A stretch of 57,226 nucleotides of DNA, the filler included, from Stramenopiles sp. TOSAG23-6 (Eukaryota), in assembly GCA_900128565.1 (NCBI GenBank). It is 27 parts of 27 records of this genome, joined end to end, with 100 filler letters (N's around TTAATTAATTAA, not from the genome) between each part and the next. Parts side by side here need not be neighbours in the genome. Positions count along the whole stretch, not along the records: positions 1 to 1,112 come from LT639701.1; positions 1,213 to 2,323 come from LT639702.1; positions 2,424 to 3,533 come from LT639703.1; positions 3,634 to 4,743 come from LT639704.1; positions 4,844 to 5,952 come from LT639705.1; positions 6,053 to 7,161 come from LT639706.1; positions 7,262 to 8,369 come from LT639707.1; positions 8,470 to 9,576 come from LT639708.1; 19 more parts are not named here. One strand, given 5' to 3'. The position numbers and the translations under genes were made by a program. A model generated the notes under the pieces. That model was given only the letters and a program-made list of their open reading frames with translations, did not search any database and was not told the origin of the DNA. Below, piece by piece: positions 1 to 11,108 of the stretch (the stretch's first letter is position 1; every line of letters begins with the position of its first letter).

Positions 1-1
1 T

Positions 2-1112
2 TCTAGTACTTCAGAATTTACAATTATAAAAAAAGTGGGTACAGGAGGAAGTGGAAAATTACTCGGTAATCTTCCACAATTTGCATGCACAAATGGTGTC
101 GTAAAATTTAGTGAAAACTCTACTGACAAACAAATAAAATTTGATCTCGTTGGTTCAGATTATCAAATATCTATAGTGCCCAAAGATAACAAGATACTCG
201 GGGATACATCGTCTGTTTTTTCTGTCAGTGTTGGTGCTGCTGCTCAATTATCTATTGTTCAGGCTATGAGTACATGTCGGGGTGGTGAAGTTTGCGATCA
301 ACAGCCTATTATAAGAATAGTAGACGCTGGTGGAAATTCTCGTACAAATGACCCTACAGGTATTGCAAGTGGAACTGGATTTATTGATGCTGGTATCGGT
401 GGGTGTACGAATATTGTTGCTCTTAAGGCTGATAATTGCTAAATGTCAAGATGCTTGTTCAAAAAATGAAGGGTGCGTGAATATTTTATTTGGAGTATCC
501 GGCGGAGAAGCAAATAAGTGCTATCTCTTTCAAGATTATTGTGATTACGACGCGTCACAAACTAGTACACACTTATATACATATTTGACAATACGTGTTT
601 CTAAAGGTGGCGGTCCAGCAGCTGGGAAAATGACCACCTTACATTCTTCGGCAAGAGTAGTCAATTCAGTTGCAACATTTTCAGCTAGCGACAATGGTCT
701 TACAATGGATATCATTGGATCATATACAATACGATATACATGTAAATATTCAAAAGATATTACGTTGACTGTTGATCAACTAAATATGGAAGTTATTCTT
801 GGACCTGTTGCCACAATTGATGGTGTGTCTATTTCAGGATGTAAAGGCGGTGAAGTTTGTGAAACGCAGCCGACGCTTCAAGCAAAAGATCTCGGTGGAA
901 ATGTAGTGACAACATATAACAAATCTGTTGTACTCACAATGTCGGGCGCTGGAAGTTTATCCGGTACTACCACTAAAAACTTTTCATCCGGTACTGTTAC
1001 ATTTGCAGGTCTATCGTTCAACAAGGTTGGTGGTCATACACTCATTGCAAATACATCGCCGACGGGTGGGTGTGCAGGGGATGTATCAGCTACTAACTGT
1101 ACAAACTCATCA
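2..1112 (+). CDS. Fragment of a large extracellular protein with Ig/invasin-like repeats and a PAN/Apple-like Cys module; apparent frameshift near 430
   Basis: Repeated motif C-x-GGEVC-x-x-QP...D-x-GGN in both overlapping ORFs (35..442 and 330..1160); CQDAC..C pattern; open at both contig ends. Confidence 0.55.
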
Positions 1113-1212
1113 NNNNNNNNNNNNNNNNNNNNNNNNNNNNNNNNNNNNNNNNNNNNTTAATTAATTAANNNNNNNNNNNNNNNNNNNNNNNNNNNNNNNN
1201 NNNNNNNNNNNN

Positions 1213-2323
1213 CTCTTTGATATCAAGTCTGTGCTTCTTCAACGTTGTGAGAGGAAATGCAGCAGATGCACGTGTATGTGCTATGTTATATGACTCGACA
1301 GCATCTGCCTGTTCTGTTTCTGCTGCATTCAGAGAGTTTGCCGAAATTGGTCGTAAAGCTTTTTGATATGTTTGTCCATCCTTTAATTGGTATCTGCAAA
1401 ATTTATTGATTGCTTCTTCTTCCTCAGCGCCAACAATTTCAAGCTCTTCTTCAGTTGGCTCTATTTGCTCAAACCTTTCCACTTCATGGTCTTGAAGATA
1501 CTCACTACCTTTTCTAGCTGTAGAGCAGAAATTAGAGATCCTTCCCGAAGGAAATTTCGAAGTATCTAGCGCTACAGTTGCTGCGGCAACGCCATTTTGT
1601 AGGTACCAACGAATGTAGACTTCAAGATTGTGCAACTCTTTCTCATACCTTTTATAGCGCTTCTTTACCGAATCCGATGGTCGTGTATTCATCAATGCAG
1701 CCAAATAATCTTCCCAAGCAGTTGCATTTTCATCCAAGTATTTTAAAGAATTGACTGCTATTTTTAAGTTTTCACTTGAATTTTTCGGTATAGTAGGAGA
1801 GGTAGCAGGTTGACTGAGAATGGGGCGAGGCTTTTCAAACTTTCGTGGGACTTGTTTGTGCCGAGTGTTATTCTCGATTTCAACACTATCGAGTTTTGGT
1901 AGAGTTCTTTCGTCTTTTCTTGAATAGACTTGCTCTAGAAATGAATACCCTTTCCAACGAAGAGCACATGCTTTTAAAGCTAGCTGAGCTACACGGAGGC
2001 GGGTACCTTTGGGATCATTTGCCGTGCTTCCTTGGTATTTCCTAACAAAGTTCATTTCAAAGCTGCAACCACTCATCTCTTTTCTGTCTGTTGAAAGGAA
2101 ATCTTCTTGAAGAGAACCGAGATTTAGAGACTTTAGTGCTTCACTCGCAGCTTTCAAGAGAGTGTGCACGTTATGTAGAGCGGACTGATTTTCTGCTTCA
2201 GTTGAAATTTCTTTATTACCCAGATAATCATATACCGATAGGCGTTCATTTTGTAATATCTTAGAATTTGGATTTACTGCAGCAGCGAAATACTCTTTCA
2301 TTGCAGCGCAAAGTCCATCAGTG
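1213..2323 (-). CDS. Hypothetical protein fragment
   Basis: Uninterrupted ORF over 360 codons; no family recognised. Confidence 0.5.
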
Positions 2324-2423
2324 NNNNNNNNNNNNNNNNNNNNNNNNNNNNNNNNNNNNNNNNNNNNTTAATTAATTAANNNNNNNNNNNNNNNNNNNNN
2401 NNNNNNNNNNNNNNNNNNNNNNN

Positions 2424-3533
2424 TTCTTTTTCTCGTAAAAGTAGTTCGTTTTCTCTTTCTGACATTTCCTTCTCCTTTGCCTGAAAAGTTCGACTAAACT
2501 CAGAATCTTTTTCTTTGCCAAGTGCAGCAAGACGTCGTTTCATCTCATTTTTTTTCACAGATTCGATTTTACGCATTGCAGCTGCTCGGCGAATACGCTC
2601 AGCAGTTCGAAGTTTAATTGCATTACTTTCTAAAGTACGATGCCATTCTTCGTTCAATAGCTGTTTTTCAGTTTGAGCTCGCAATTCAGCTGATTTCATA
2701 TGATTTTCATACTCCTGACGATTAGCAGCAGCACGATCATTTGTTGCTTGGAGTAACCGTAATTGTTTTGTCATTGAAACCTTCGCTTTTTCATCAGCTG
2801 TAAGCATTTCCTCTTTTAATCGAGCAATTTCTGATTTATGCTCTGCTTCCACATTTGAAAGAAGTTTAAAAGTTTCATTTGCGTTTGTTTCTGCGTCATC
2901 AACCCGAGACTTTAAATCATTTTCGCGCATTTGCATATCAGCCTCAGCTTTTGCTAATTGAGTATTAAACGAATCTGTTTTCTCTTTGTCAAGTCTTGCC
3001 AAACGCTCATTCCAACTCTTCTTAATTGCATCATATGCCTCTTTTTTTTTCTGTGCACGGACTTCACGCATTTGCAAAGCAATTTCACGAGTAGCTGATT
3101 TAAATCCAATTGCTTTGCGGTTTTCCTTATCCTTCTCGGCGAGTTTATTTGACCACATGATATTGAGATTTTCTTGAAGTTCAATTTGTCTTTGTTCATA
3201 AATAAGTCGCTCTTGACTTTTGGCTTCTTCAATGCTCTCACGGAGTTGAATCGTAAATGATAATCGAAGAGCTTCTAATTCATCAGCAGCCGCTTTAGCC
3301 TTTTCAGCAACAATACGTTCATATCTTTCGCGCTCTTCACGCATTTTCACGTTTGTATTTAGAAGTTCTTGTTCCTTTGCCTTCATGCTTAACGTAGTAC
3401 GATGTTGCTTTTCTTGCAATATTTGTTGTTGGCGTCGAAGTTCAAGAACTTCAAGGGTACTCATATCCTTTTGTTTCTTCAATTTAGAGACGAACATATT
3501 TTGACTATTAGACGCTTCTCTTTCATGTAATGA
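2424..3533 (-). CDS. Long coiled-coil protein fragment
   Basis: E/K/R/Q/L-rich ORF spanning the contig. Confidence 0.65.
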
Positions 3534-3687
3534 NNNNNNNNNNNNNNNNNNNNNNNNNNNNNNNNNNNNNNNNNNNNTTAATTAATTAANNNNNNNNNNN
3601 NNNNNNNNNNNNNNNNNNNNNNNNNNNNNNNNNGTACGAAATTTTGTACCTAACGATTTTTTTTTGAAATATTTTTCCAAAATACAT

Positions 3688-4691
3688 GACATTCCTAGAA
3701 CTTTTCCAGAATTGGCTTTTTTTCATTCCGATGATTTTCCAGAAGCCGAAGCTTTGCAAAATGTGCTTGGAGCATGTATCTTTTATTTTTTTTTTAAACA
3801 AAAAAATCGAATTTATTTTTTTTTGTTTTTATAAAAATTTTGTACCTAACAAATTTTTTTAGTTTTTTTTGAAATATTTTTCCAAAATACATATGCCTGT
3901 TATAGACCGGATATCGGATATGTCCAAGGAATGTCATATTTAGCAGCAATGTTTCTATTATATATGTACGTTTTTACCATTCATTTCAAATTTTAACCCT
4001 ATTCGTATTATATTGTTACAACATTGTATTATTATTATTATTTTCTTTTTAAATTCACTACATATTTTTTTGACTTCAAATGTATTCAAAAAATACCTAA
4101 TCAAACAATCAAAATGGTTAAATATTTTCATACAATATATGGATTCTTATAGTGCATTTCAATGTATGATCAATCTTTTATCAGGTCCTTTCTATTTAGC
4201 TTTTTATCGTCTTGAAAAATGTTTGTTTCCATAACCCTAACCCTACATTCATTTTTATTTTATAGAAAATTTTGTACCTAACGAATTTTTACTAAAATTG
4301 TTTTTTATTCACAATACATGTAAAATGAAAAAGTATTTAAACGTTTATGAGAAACTACTTCAAATTGAGTTACCTCAATTAGAAAAACATTTTAAAACTA
4401 TTGGAATTACAAATGAAATGTATCTGTTAGAATGGGTGTATGTGTCTCAACCCTAACCCTAATTTTAAAAAAAAATCCGTAAAAAACATTTTGAACCTAA
4501 CAATTTTTTGTCAACCAAAAATTTATTTTTTTTCTCACAATACAGGCTAACATTATTTACAAAAGCTTTGCCTCTGACTGTGGCGTCTCGCGTTTGGGAT
4601 TCTTATTTATGTATGCAGGGTTCAGAAAGTGAATTATTTTTGTATAAAGTTTCGATTGGGATATGTAAAATTTTTAGAGATCAATTATTAT
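3688..4691 (+). CDS. TBC-domain Rab GTPase-activating protein, partial; exons 3688-3775, 3893-3965, 4141-4220, 4320-4437, 4546-4691
   Basis: Spliced product DIPRTFP...[30 protein letters not shown]...EWVLTLF...RVWD has the DxxR and YxQ TBC catalytic motifs; exon phases are consistent. Confidence 0.9.
3776..3892 (+). mobile_element. GT-AT intron, Introner-like family copy
   Basis: GCAT|GTATC...TGTACCTAAC...CCAAAATACAT|ATGCC; removal gives LGAYACYRP. Confidence 0.8.
3966..4140 (+). other. GT-AT intron (divergent)
   Basis: TATAT|GTACG...TACCTAAT...CAATATAT|GGAT; removal gives LLYMDSY. Confidence 0.8.
4221..4319 (+). mobile_element. GT-AT intron, Introner-like family copy
   Basis: AAAT|GTTTG...GTACCTAAC...CACAATACAT|GTAAA; restores frame; no AG after the branch site. 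Confidence 0.8.
4438..4545 (+). other. Canonical GT-AG intron of the same family
   Basis: GGGT|GTATG...ACCTAAC...CACAATACAG|GCTA; removal gives EWVLTLF. Confidence 0.85.
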
Positions 4692-4900
4692 GTATGTTTT
4701 ATTTTTTTTTTTAACAAAAAAATCGATTTTTTTTTTTATAAAANNNNNNNNNNNNNNNNNNNNNNNNNNNNNNNNNNNNNNNNNNNNTTAATTAATTAAN
4801 NNNNNNNNNNNNNNNNNNNNNNNNNNNNNNNNNNNNNNNNNNNTTCGTACGAAATTTTGTACCTAATGATTTTTTTTTGAAATATTTTTCCAAAATACAT

Positions 4901-5063
4901 CCTCGACATAGAACATGCAGAAGTTGGTAAAGAATTACAAGTCGAGATTAATGATTTTGGACAGAAAATAACTAGGGTTTCTTGCAGTATCAGTGATTTC
5001 CCGTTTCAAAGAGCAAAGTTGCAAAGAGCTCGTTCAAAAACCTCTTCTAATGTATCATCATAA
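4901..5063 (+). CDS. Last exon of a GcvT/aminomethyltransferase-family protein (tentative)
   Basis: LDIEHAEVGKELQVEI...FPF resembles the GcvT C-terminal barrel; follows an intron ending AATACAT. Confidence 0.5.
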
Positions 5064-5087
5064 TTCGTGGTGAATCGTACTATTCAA

Positions 5088-5161
5088 TTATTCCATATCT
5101 ATACTACGAAACGTTATGAATAATTATTCCATATCTATACTACGAAACGTTATGAATAATT
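5088..5161. repeat. 36-bp tandem duplication in 3' UTR
   Basis: TTATTCCATATCTATACTACGAAACGTTATGAATAA twice. Confidence 0.85.
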
Positions 5162-5291
5162 TTGTATAATAAGCAAAAGTGTGAAAAATGATTTTGTACA
5201 TTATTTTATTCAATTTTTTTTGTTAGTAAATTTTGTACCCCGAAAATAAAAAAAAATTTGAAATTGAAATATTTTGTTGACTTTTTTTTAA

Positions 5292-5894
5292 TTAAATCAT
5301 TTTTTGACTTTCTCTCCATGTGACGCTTTCAAGATAAATTTGTAGAATTCCTGCTGCTACAGCAAAACAAGCTAGCTCGCATCCTCCTTTGATAGAATCG
5401 TTTATTACAATAATAGCAACAAAAGATAACGTATTTTGGAAAAATATTTGAATAAGAAATCGTTAGGTACAAAATTTCGTACGAAAAACAAAATCGAATT
5501 TGAAAAAAAAAATAAAACATACACGGTAGAAAAAACTTCGCTTTTCCCCTACACCAAATCCGTGAAATTCCCCCACATTGATGTATTGTGAAAAAATATT
5601 TTTTTTTTTATTTCGTTAGGTACAAAATTTAGTACGAAAAAAAAATTAGATAAAAAATTGAAAAAAATAAAACATACATGTACTGTGAAAAAATATTCTT
5701 TTTTTTTTTCCGTAAAAAAAATCGTTAGGTACAAAAAATTTCATCGTAAAAAACATGAAAATTTTGAAATTGAAAAAGTACATATCCATAACATAATATT
5801 AGGTTTGGGAGACAAAGTAGAACAAATGTAAAGTTATAATTTTTCGATAATGCTTCAGTAAGAGAAACATCATGGAGTTTGTTTTGTTCCTTAA
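5292..5894 (-). CDS. 3' part of a multi-pass membrane protein; exons 5894-5782, 5580-5523, 5428-5292
   Basis: Splicing gives a continuous hydrophobic ORF ...LILCYGY|QCGGISRIW...FFLP|LSFVAIIV...ESQKMI*. Confidence 0.7.
5429..5522 (-). mobile_element. GT-GT intron, Introner-like family copy
   Basis: ACCGT|GTATG...TTCGTACGAAATTTTGTACCTAAC...CCAAAATACGT|TATC. Confidence 0.75.
5581..5781 (-). mobile_element. Two adjacent GT-AT family copies (5781-5678 and 5677-5581) with no exon between them
   Basis: Each has a donor, GTACCTAAC and a TACAT end; flanking exons are in frame only if both are removed. Confidence 0.75.
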
Positions 5895-6052
5895 ATATAT
5901 TTTGGAAAAATATTTCAAAAAAAAATCGTTAGGTACAAAATTTCGTACGAAANNNNNNNNNNNNNNNNNNNNNNNNNNNNNNNNNNNNNNNNNNNNTTAA
6001 TTAATTAANNNNNNNNNNNNNNNNNNNNNNNNNNNNNNNNNNNNNNNNNNNN

Positions 6053-6332
6053 TACATAGATGTAAGACTTCGAAGACGGCAAAACCAAGTAAAACTGATG
6101 TAAAACAACCAGCAAAACCAATGCCAGATTTTAGAAAAAAATACTCATGTGTACAAGTAAGACCCGACAGCCAGTACAGGACAGGTGCAGCGACAGCTGA
6201 ATTTGAGTTCAGTGCTTGTGGTGGAATAAACATGGAAAAACTCATTTCAACATTTCCAAGTTCTGTCGATACATGCTTGTACTGTAAAGAAAGTCCACCA
6301 CAATGCGAAACCCGAGAAGTTTGTGTCAACAT
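6053..6332 (-). CDS. ESD: S-formylglutathione hydrolase (esterase D), N-terminal fragment
   Basis: PVLYWLSGLTCT signature preceded by H-x-S-x-x-L...M-x-F. Confidence 0.85.
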
Positions 6333-6614
6333 TGTAGAAAGATAAATTTTTCAGAGATAGGTTTTGTTGTGGCTGTAGGCCTAATTTTTTAAAAATTGAA
6401 CTTGATGGTATGTTTGGGTTACTATAATATATTATCAGTAATATAAAAGTTTTGTACAAAATGTTATTTCTGTAAGTATTTTTGCTTGGTATTCATTAAA
6501 TATATACATAAAAGTTTAGAAAATATTCTCACTAGTACAAAAATACGTTGAACTACATTTCGGCATCAATCATACTCTGGTGGTTGATCATCGATGATCA
6601 GATGAGTATACAAA

Positions 6615-7160
6615 TTATTTTTCAACCTCTGGTTGTGCACGGGGTGAGTACGGTGGTGGTGGTTCAAATGTTCGGGATTGTTGTACAATCTCTCGTTCCA
6701 TACCTTCTTGTACGTATGGTGGGTCTTCTGTTGGGACATCAAGCTGATATACGGTCACTTGCTCACCTTCAGGTTCTACGTATGGTGGTGGCTCTCCTCG
6801 TGGGTCTGGTGGGTCTTCAACTGTGTGATCGACAATAGGATTTTCAAGTCGTTCTTGTACCTTTTCAATGATCTGACGCTTTAGAGCAAAGCCTGTTTCA
6901 AGGAGACCCTGGTCGTGTAACTTCCCAACGACAGAGGTAAATTCATCTGGATGATTATACAGTAAACAAAGAATTTCAAGTTTAGCATCTTCGTTCTCAT
7001 TTTTTTGAGATTGAGCATGTATATTTTCAATGTGAGTGCTTGGGTTTATTGGATTGGATATTCCAAGCTTACACAATTCAACTGATATATCACGGTGAAG
7101 CTCTGTCTCCCTTTCTATCTGATCCTGTACTTCAGAAAATATACAGTCGCCATGCTGAAA
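6615..7160 (-). CDS. C-terminal fragment of a hypothetical protein with PPxY-type motifs
   Basis: ORF open to the contig end; EPPPY, DPPY, PPPPY. Confidence 0.5.
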   Translation of the reverse strand, partial: FQHGDCIFSEVQDQIERETELHRDISVELCKLGISNPINPSTHIENIHAQSQKNENEDAKLEILCLLYNHPDEFTSVVGKLHDQGLLETGFALKRQIIEKVQERLENPIVDHTVEDPPDPRGEPPPYVEPEGEQVTVYQLDVPTEDPPYVQEGMEREIVQQSRTFEPPPPYSPRAQPEVEK

Positions 7161-7345
7161 GNNNNNNNNNNNNNNNNNNNNNNNNNNNNNNNNNNNNNNN
7201 NNNNNTTAATTAATTAANNNNNNNNNNNNNNNNNNNNNNNNNNNNNNNNNNNNNNNNNNNNAAAATATCGTTAGGTACAATTTTTTTTTTTTTTTTTTTT
7301 TTTTACGGAAAAAAAATATATTTTTTTTAAATTTTGAAAACGTAC

Positions 7346-8280
7346 AAAAAAGATGTTCTCATATACTGTTGTAATGCATTATGAATTCGTGCATCAAATA
7401 AACCTAATCCATTCGTCTCTATAATTTTATGTACTGATATATATAATGTGAAGTAATATAGATTTTGTAGAAAAAAAAAAAAAAGTTGTTAGAAAAAAAA
7501 AAAAATTGTAATTTTTTTTTGTTTAGGTACAAAATTTCATACAAAAAATTTTTTTTACAAAAATTTTTTTTACAAAATGTTTTTTTACAAAACATTGAAA
7601 TTTTGAAAATGTACATTTTGTGTTGGTGAATTGTTCACCTGCGTACGTAACATGACCCATAATTTAATATAATCAATATTGATAGGTATATCTTTCATTA
7701 TTTGTGCTTTTGTATCATTTGTATTATGTGTAAAATTTGTATTTTTTTGAGATGTTTTTTGTGTTTTATTTGGAACAAACATGATTTCTAGTAATTTTCT
7801 CATATCCATTTCTGTAATATTTGAAAATAAAAATTCATTTTTAACAATATCAATAAAATCAGTGCTACTTAAAAGTCCAATTCTTTCAACATCAATGGAT
7901 AAAAATCGATGTAATACATTTTGTAACCGTTGTATAATTGTTAGATTTCGTGTTTTTTTTACATTTTGATGATTTTTTGAATTTTGTTTGTCTTTTTTTT
8001 GATTGGATGATGACGTCATTGTTGTTGTTGTAGGTACTTTTACCGCTAAACGAACAAATAAAATTCTTTGTGCATTGATATCGATTTTTGTTCTTATCTC
8101 CCAAACATCGCAAATCATACCTAAAAAACGCCCAAAATCTTTTTTTGTACCATTTTTTCCTACTTGAAAAACATTTTTACTATTTTGTTCTCTCCATTCA
8201 AATAATTGTTGATTTTGAACCTTATTTCTAATAGATGGCATTTTGTAAATTCCTCTTTCGATATTTTCAAATAATTGTGG
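7346..8280 (-). CDS. Internal exons of a hypothetical protein, flanked and interrupted by family introns
   Basis: Exon starts after AATACAT at 8281; donor at ~7614; the next acceptor is ambiguous. Confidence 0.5.
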
Positions 8281-8469
8281 ATGTATTTTGGAAAAATATT
8301 TCAAAATTTTTTTTTTTTTTTGGTTAGTAAAAAAAAAAAAAAAAAATGTTAGGTACAAAATTTCGTACGNNNNNNNNNNNNNNNNNNNNNNNNNNNNNNN
8401 NNNNNNNNNNNNNTTAATTAATTAANNNNNNNNNNNNNNNNNNNNNNNNNNNNNNNNNNNNNNNNNNNN

Positions 8470-9484
8470 GCCCAGCTAGCTTACACAACATTAAAGCAAT
8501 CTCTGGTAATGGAACATCATCATTTATAACATACCCAAATTCACCAAATATCCAAGCCATAGTTTTTATCAGTTTGTCAGGCAAACCTTCTTTTTCAGTA
8601 AGCTCAATTAATGCATCGACAGCATCATAGCGCATTTCCTCATCTTCATCTTCATCGTCGTCAGAACTACTACTAAACCCTTGACGTTCTCTTGCTGTAA
8701 GCATTTGGTTTCGTGCTTTTGCTTGATATTTCTTTGCTAACGTACATAGATCCCGCACTATTTCATTATGACCAAGGCGAACCGCAATCATGTATTGTAC
8801 AATAATATTGTACAATTCGAAATGTGTCAAAAAAAAAAATTACCCATGATACCCATGAATCAATGAAATGTCGTACGTAACGAAATGACATGTAATGAAA
8901 ATGTACATTAATGGAGTATCATTTTCTTCATTTGTAAGATTCATATCAGTCTCATATTGTATTAAGTATTGGACAATTGTATAATTATTATGCAATGATG
9001 CTGTTGTGGCTGGTGTATCTGCACCACCTCCACTTGAACCAGCACCATGACTTTTCTTTGCTACGTTTGGATTGGCTCCATTTGATAATAAATACTGAGC
9101 AACATCACAAGATCCATTTTTTATAGGCAAATATGTCAAAAGAAGACCTATTTGTTAGGGATAAGAATCAAAATGCATATTTGAAATATAATATATAAAG
9201 AATACAAGATATACTTTTTTTTTTCAAAAGTAAAATTTTTTTTTTGATTTTTTTTGATTTTTTTTTGATTTTTTTTTGATTGATTTAAAAAAAAAATATA
9301 TATACGTGTAGTTTTAATAATGAAATCGTACATGTCGACAAGCATTCCATAAAGGTGTTGAGCCGTACTTGTTTTGTGTATTGATTAACAATGATTTTTT
9401 GAGTTTTCCATTACAGTGCTTTAAAATATGTTTGATGATTGACAGTTGATTATTAGATGCGGCATAATGAAGAATCGTATCACC
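8470..9484 (-). CDS. Ankyrin-repeat protein followed by an AP-4 epsilon adaptin-like segment, partial; exons 9484-9332, 9115-8907, 8789-8470
   Basis: GDTILHYAA, GSTPLWNACRH|GSCDVAQYLL, DTPLM|IAVRLGH ankyrin consensus; C-terminal LP...WIFGEFG...LCKLA. Confidence 0.8.
8790..8906 (-). other. GT-AT intron (divergent)
   Basis: TTAAT|GTACA...CAATACAT|GATT; removal gives ankyrin TPLMIAVRLG. Confidence 0.85.
9116..9331 (-). other. GT-AT intron (divergent, 216 nt)
   Basis: GACAT|GTACG...CCCTAAC...AAAAAT|GGA; removal gives ankyrin TPLWNACRHGSCD. Confidence 0.85.
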
Positions 9485-10068
9485 CTATAAAGAAAGACAT
9501 ATATAAAAAAAATGTTAGCCGTTAGGTATGAAATTTTGTAGCAAAAAAAAAAAAAATTCGAAATTAAAGTGGACAANNNNNNNNNNNNNNNNNNNNNNNN
9601 NNNNNNNNNNNNNNNNNNNNTTAATTAATTAANNNNNNNNNNNNNNNNNNNNNNNNNNNNNNNNNNNNNNNNNNNNAGTTACAATCTCCGCCGATGGAAA
9701 CTCACTTCCTGGTGAAGCAGATGAAATATGCATTGTATTATCCTTAGAATGTACTCCTTTTAATATATACAATCAGAGGATCCCAATAGTTTTACTATTT
9801 TCACCTTTTTTAGAATAAATCTCTCTTTCTCGAGAGAGAGTGTTTGTTTGTGCTTTGGTTTCCTTTGGTTTTGACCAGTTATACCAGTCGCAGTGGGTCA
9901 AAATGAATATTTTGATCATTGATTTCGTGTTTATCTTTTTTTTCGAAATTCGAATTCAATTATTGACCGCGACAAAGCCGACACAAACATCAAAATTTTC
10001 TTTTGAAGAAGAGATTTGAGATTGAGCAAAACACAAATATTGTATTGCATTGTCCTAAAATTCACCAG

Positions 10069-10782
10069 ATGGTTACTACCAATGCACTGAAAACTGCTTC
10101 ATCTATGGAAAACAATAGAGAAGTCATTCGTAAACCAAAGAAAGTAATTCATTACTATCGGAAACCTGGATTTACAGCCCCGCATAATGCTGCTACCCTC
10201 CGTCGTCTCCAGCGCAACGTGTCTTCAAGTATTTCCAGCATTGACACAGAATTTTGTTTCAATATCGAAATCACATCTGAACTTACTGTAAAAGAAGTCG
10301 GTATTTTGGAATGGATTCTACGTGAAACATATGAGCCAGATATGTTGGCAAAAACAACACATTTGGTATCAAAAAGTAGTTGTTCGTATACAATTGAGTT
10401 GGGTCCTCGATTGAATTTCTGCACAGCATATTCTAGTAACGCTGTATCAATCCTTCATGGGTGTGGAATCAAAAAAGTAACGCGACTGGAACGATCACGT
10501 AGATATCGTATTATTACAAAGTCTGGTACAATTTTAACTAATTCTGAGAAATCAAAAGTTGCTGCTGCTCTGCATGATCGCATGACGGAATGTATTTTTG
10601 AGAAAACTCTGACAAGTTTTGATAATGGGGTTTGTCCAAAGCCTACACAAACGATACCAATTATGTCCGAGGGGCGTGCTGCACTTGAAAAAATCAATGC
10701 TGAGTTGGGTCTTTCTTTTGATGAATGGGATTTAGAATTTTATACGAATCTTTTTGTGAAGGAATTAGCACGAAATCCAACA
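10069..10782 (+). CDS. PFAS: Phosphoribosylformylglycinamidine synthase, N-terminal fragment
   Basis: ELGPRLNF.TAYSSNAVSI, RLERSRRY, HDRMTE, LEKINAELGLSFDEWDL...RNPT motifs. Confidence 0.92.
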
Positions 10783-10895
10783 NNNNNNNNNNNNNNNNNN
10801 NNNNNNNNNNNNNNNNNNNNNNNNNNTTAATTAATTAANNNNNNNNNNNNNNNNNNNNNNNNNNNNNNNNNNNNNNNNNNNNAAAAAAAAATTTT

Positions 10896-10930
<35 letters not shown>

Positions 10931-11108
10931 CCGGTAAAAAAAAAAATCGAATATTTTTTTTTATAGTAAATTTTGTACCTAACAAACAATTTTAGATTTT
11001 TTTTTTTTGAAATTTTTTTCCAAAATATTTATTTCTTTTCATACGAAATGTTGTACCTAACAAACAAATTTAGATTTTTTTTTTTTGAAATATTTTTCCA
11101 AAATACAT

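Noticed and set aside
420-445. Frame change in the first gene as programmed frameshifting or a pseudogene
   Set aside because: No slippery site or intron signal; a single indel error cannot be excluded.
1113-1212. Recurring N-run/TTAATTAATTAA/N-run motif, roughly every 1 kb in the first half
   Set aside because: Artificial contig spacer with stops in all six frames. Adjacency across it has no biological meaning, so no gene clusters were inferred.
3774-3890. Reading the elements as U12-type AT-AC introns
   Set aside because: No U12 donor or branch consensus, and copies at 11557, 25895 and 4438 fit only the GT register. Not formally excluded without cDNA.
5329-5734. Short F/K/I-rich ORFs in the ORF track (also 3586, 7419, 12036, 19777)
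   Set aside because: They are translations of the intron element or antisense shadows, not genes.
3634-5952. Conserved repeat with unique intervening sequence, superficially like a CRISPR array
   Set aside because: The intervening segments are exons that splice into proteins, spacing is irregular, the DNA is eukaryotic and no cas genes are present.
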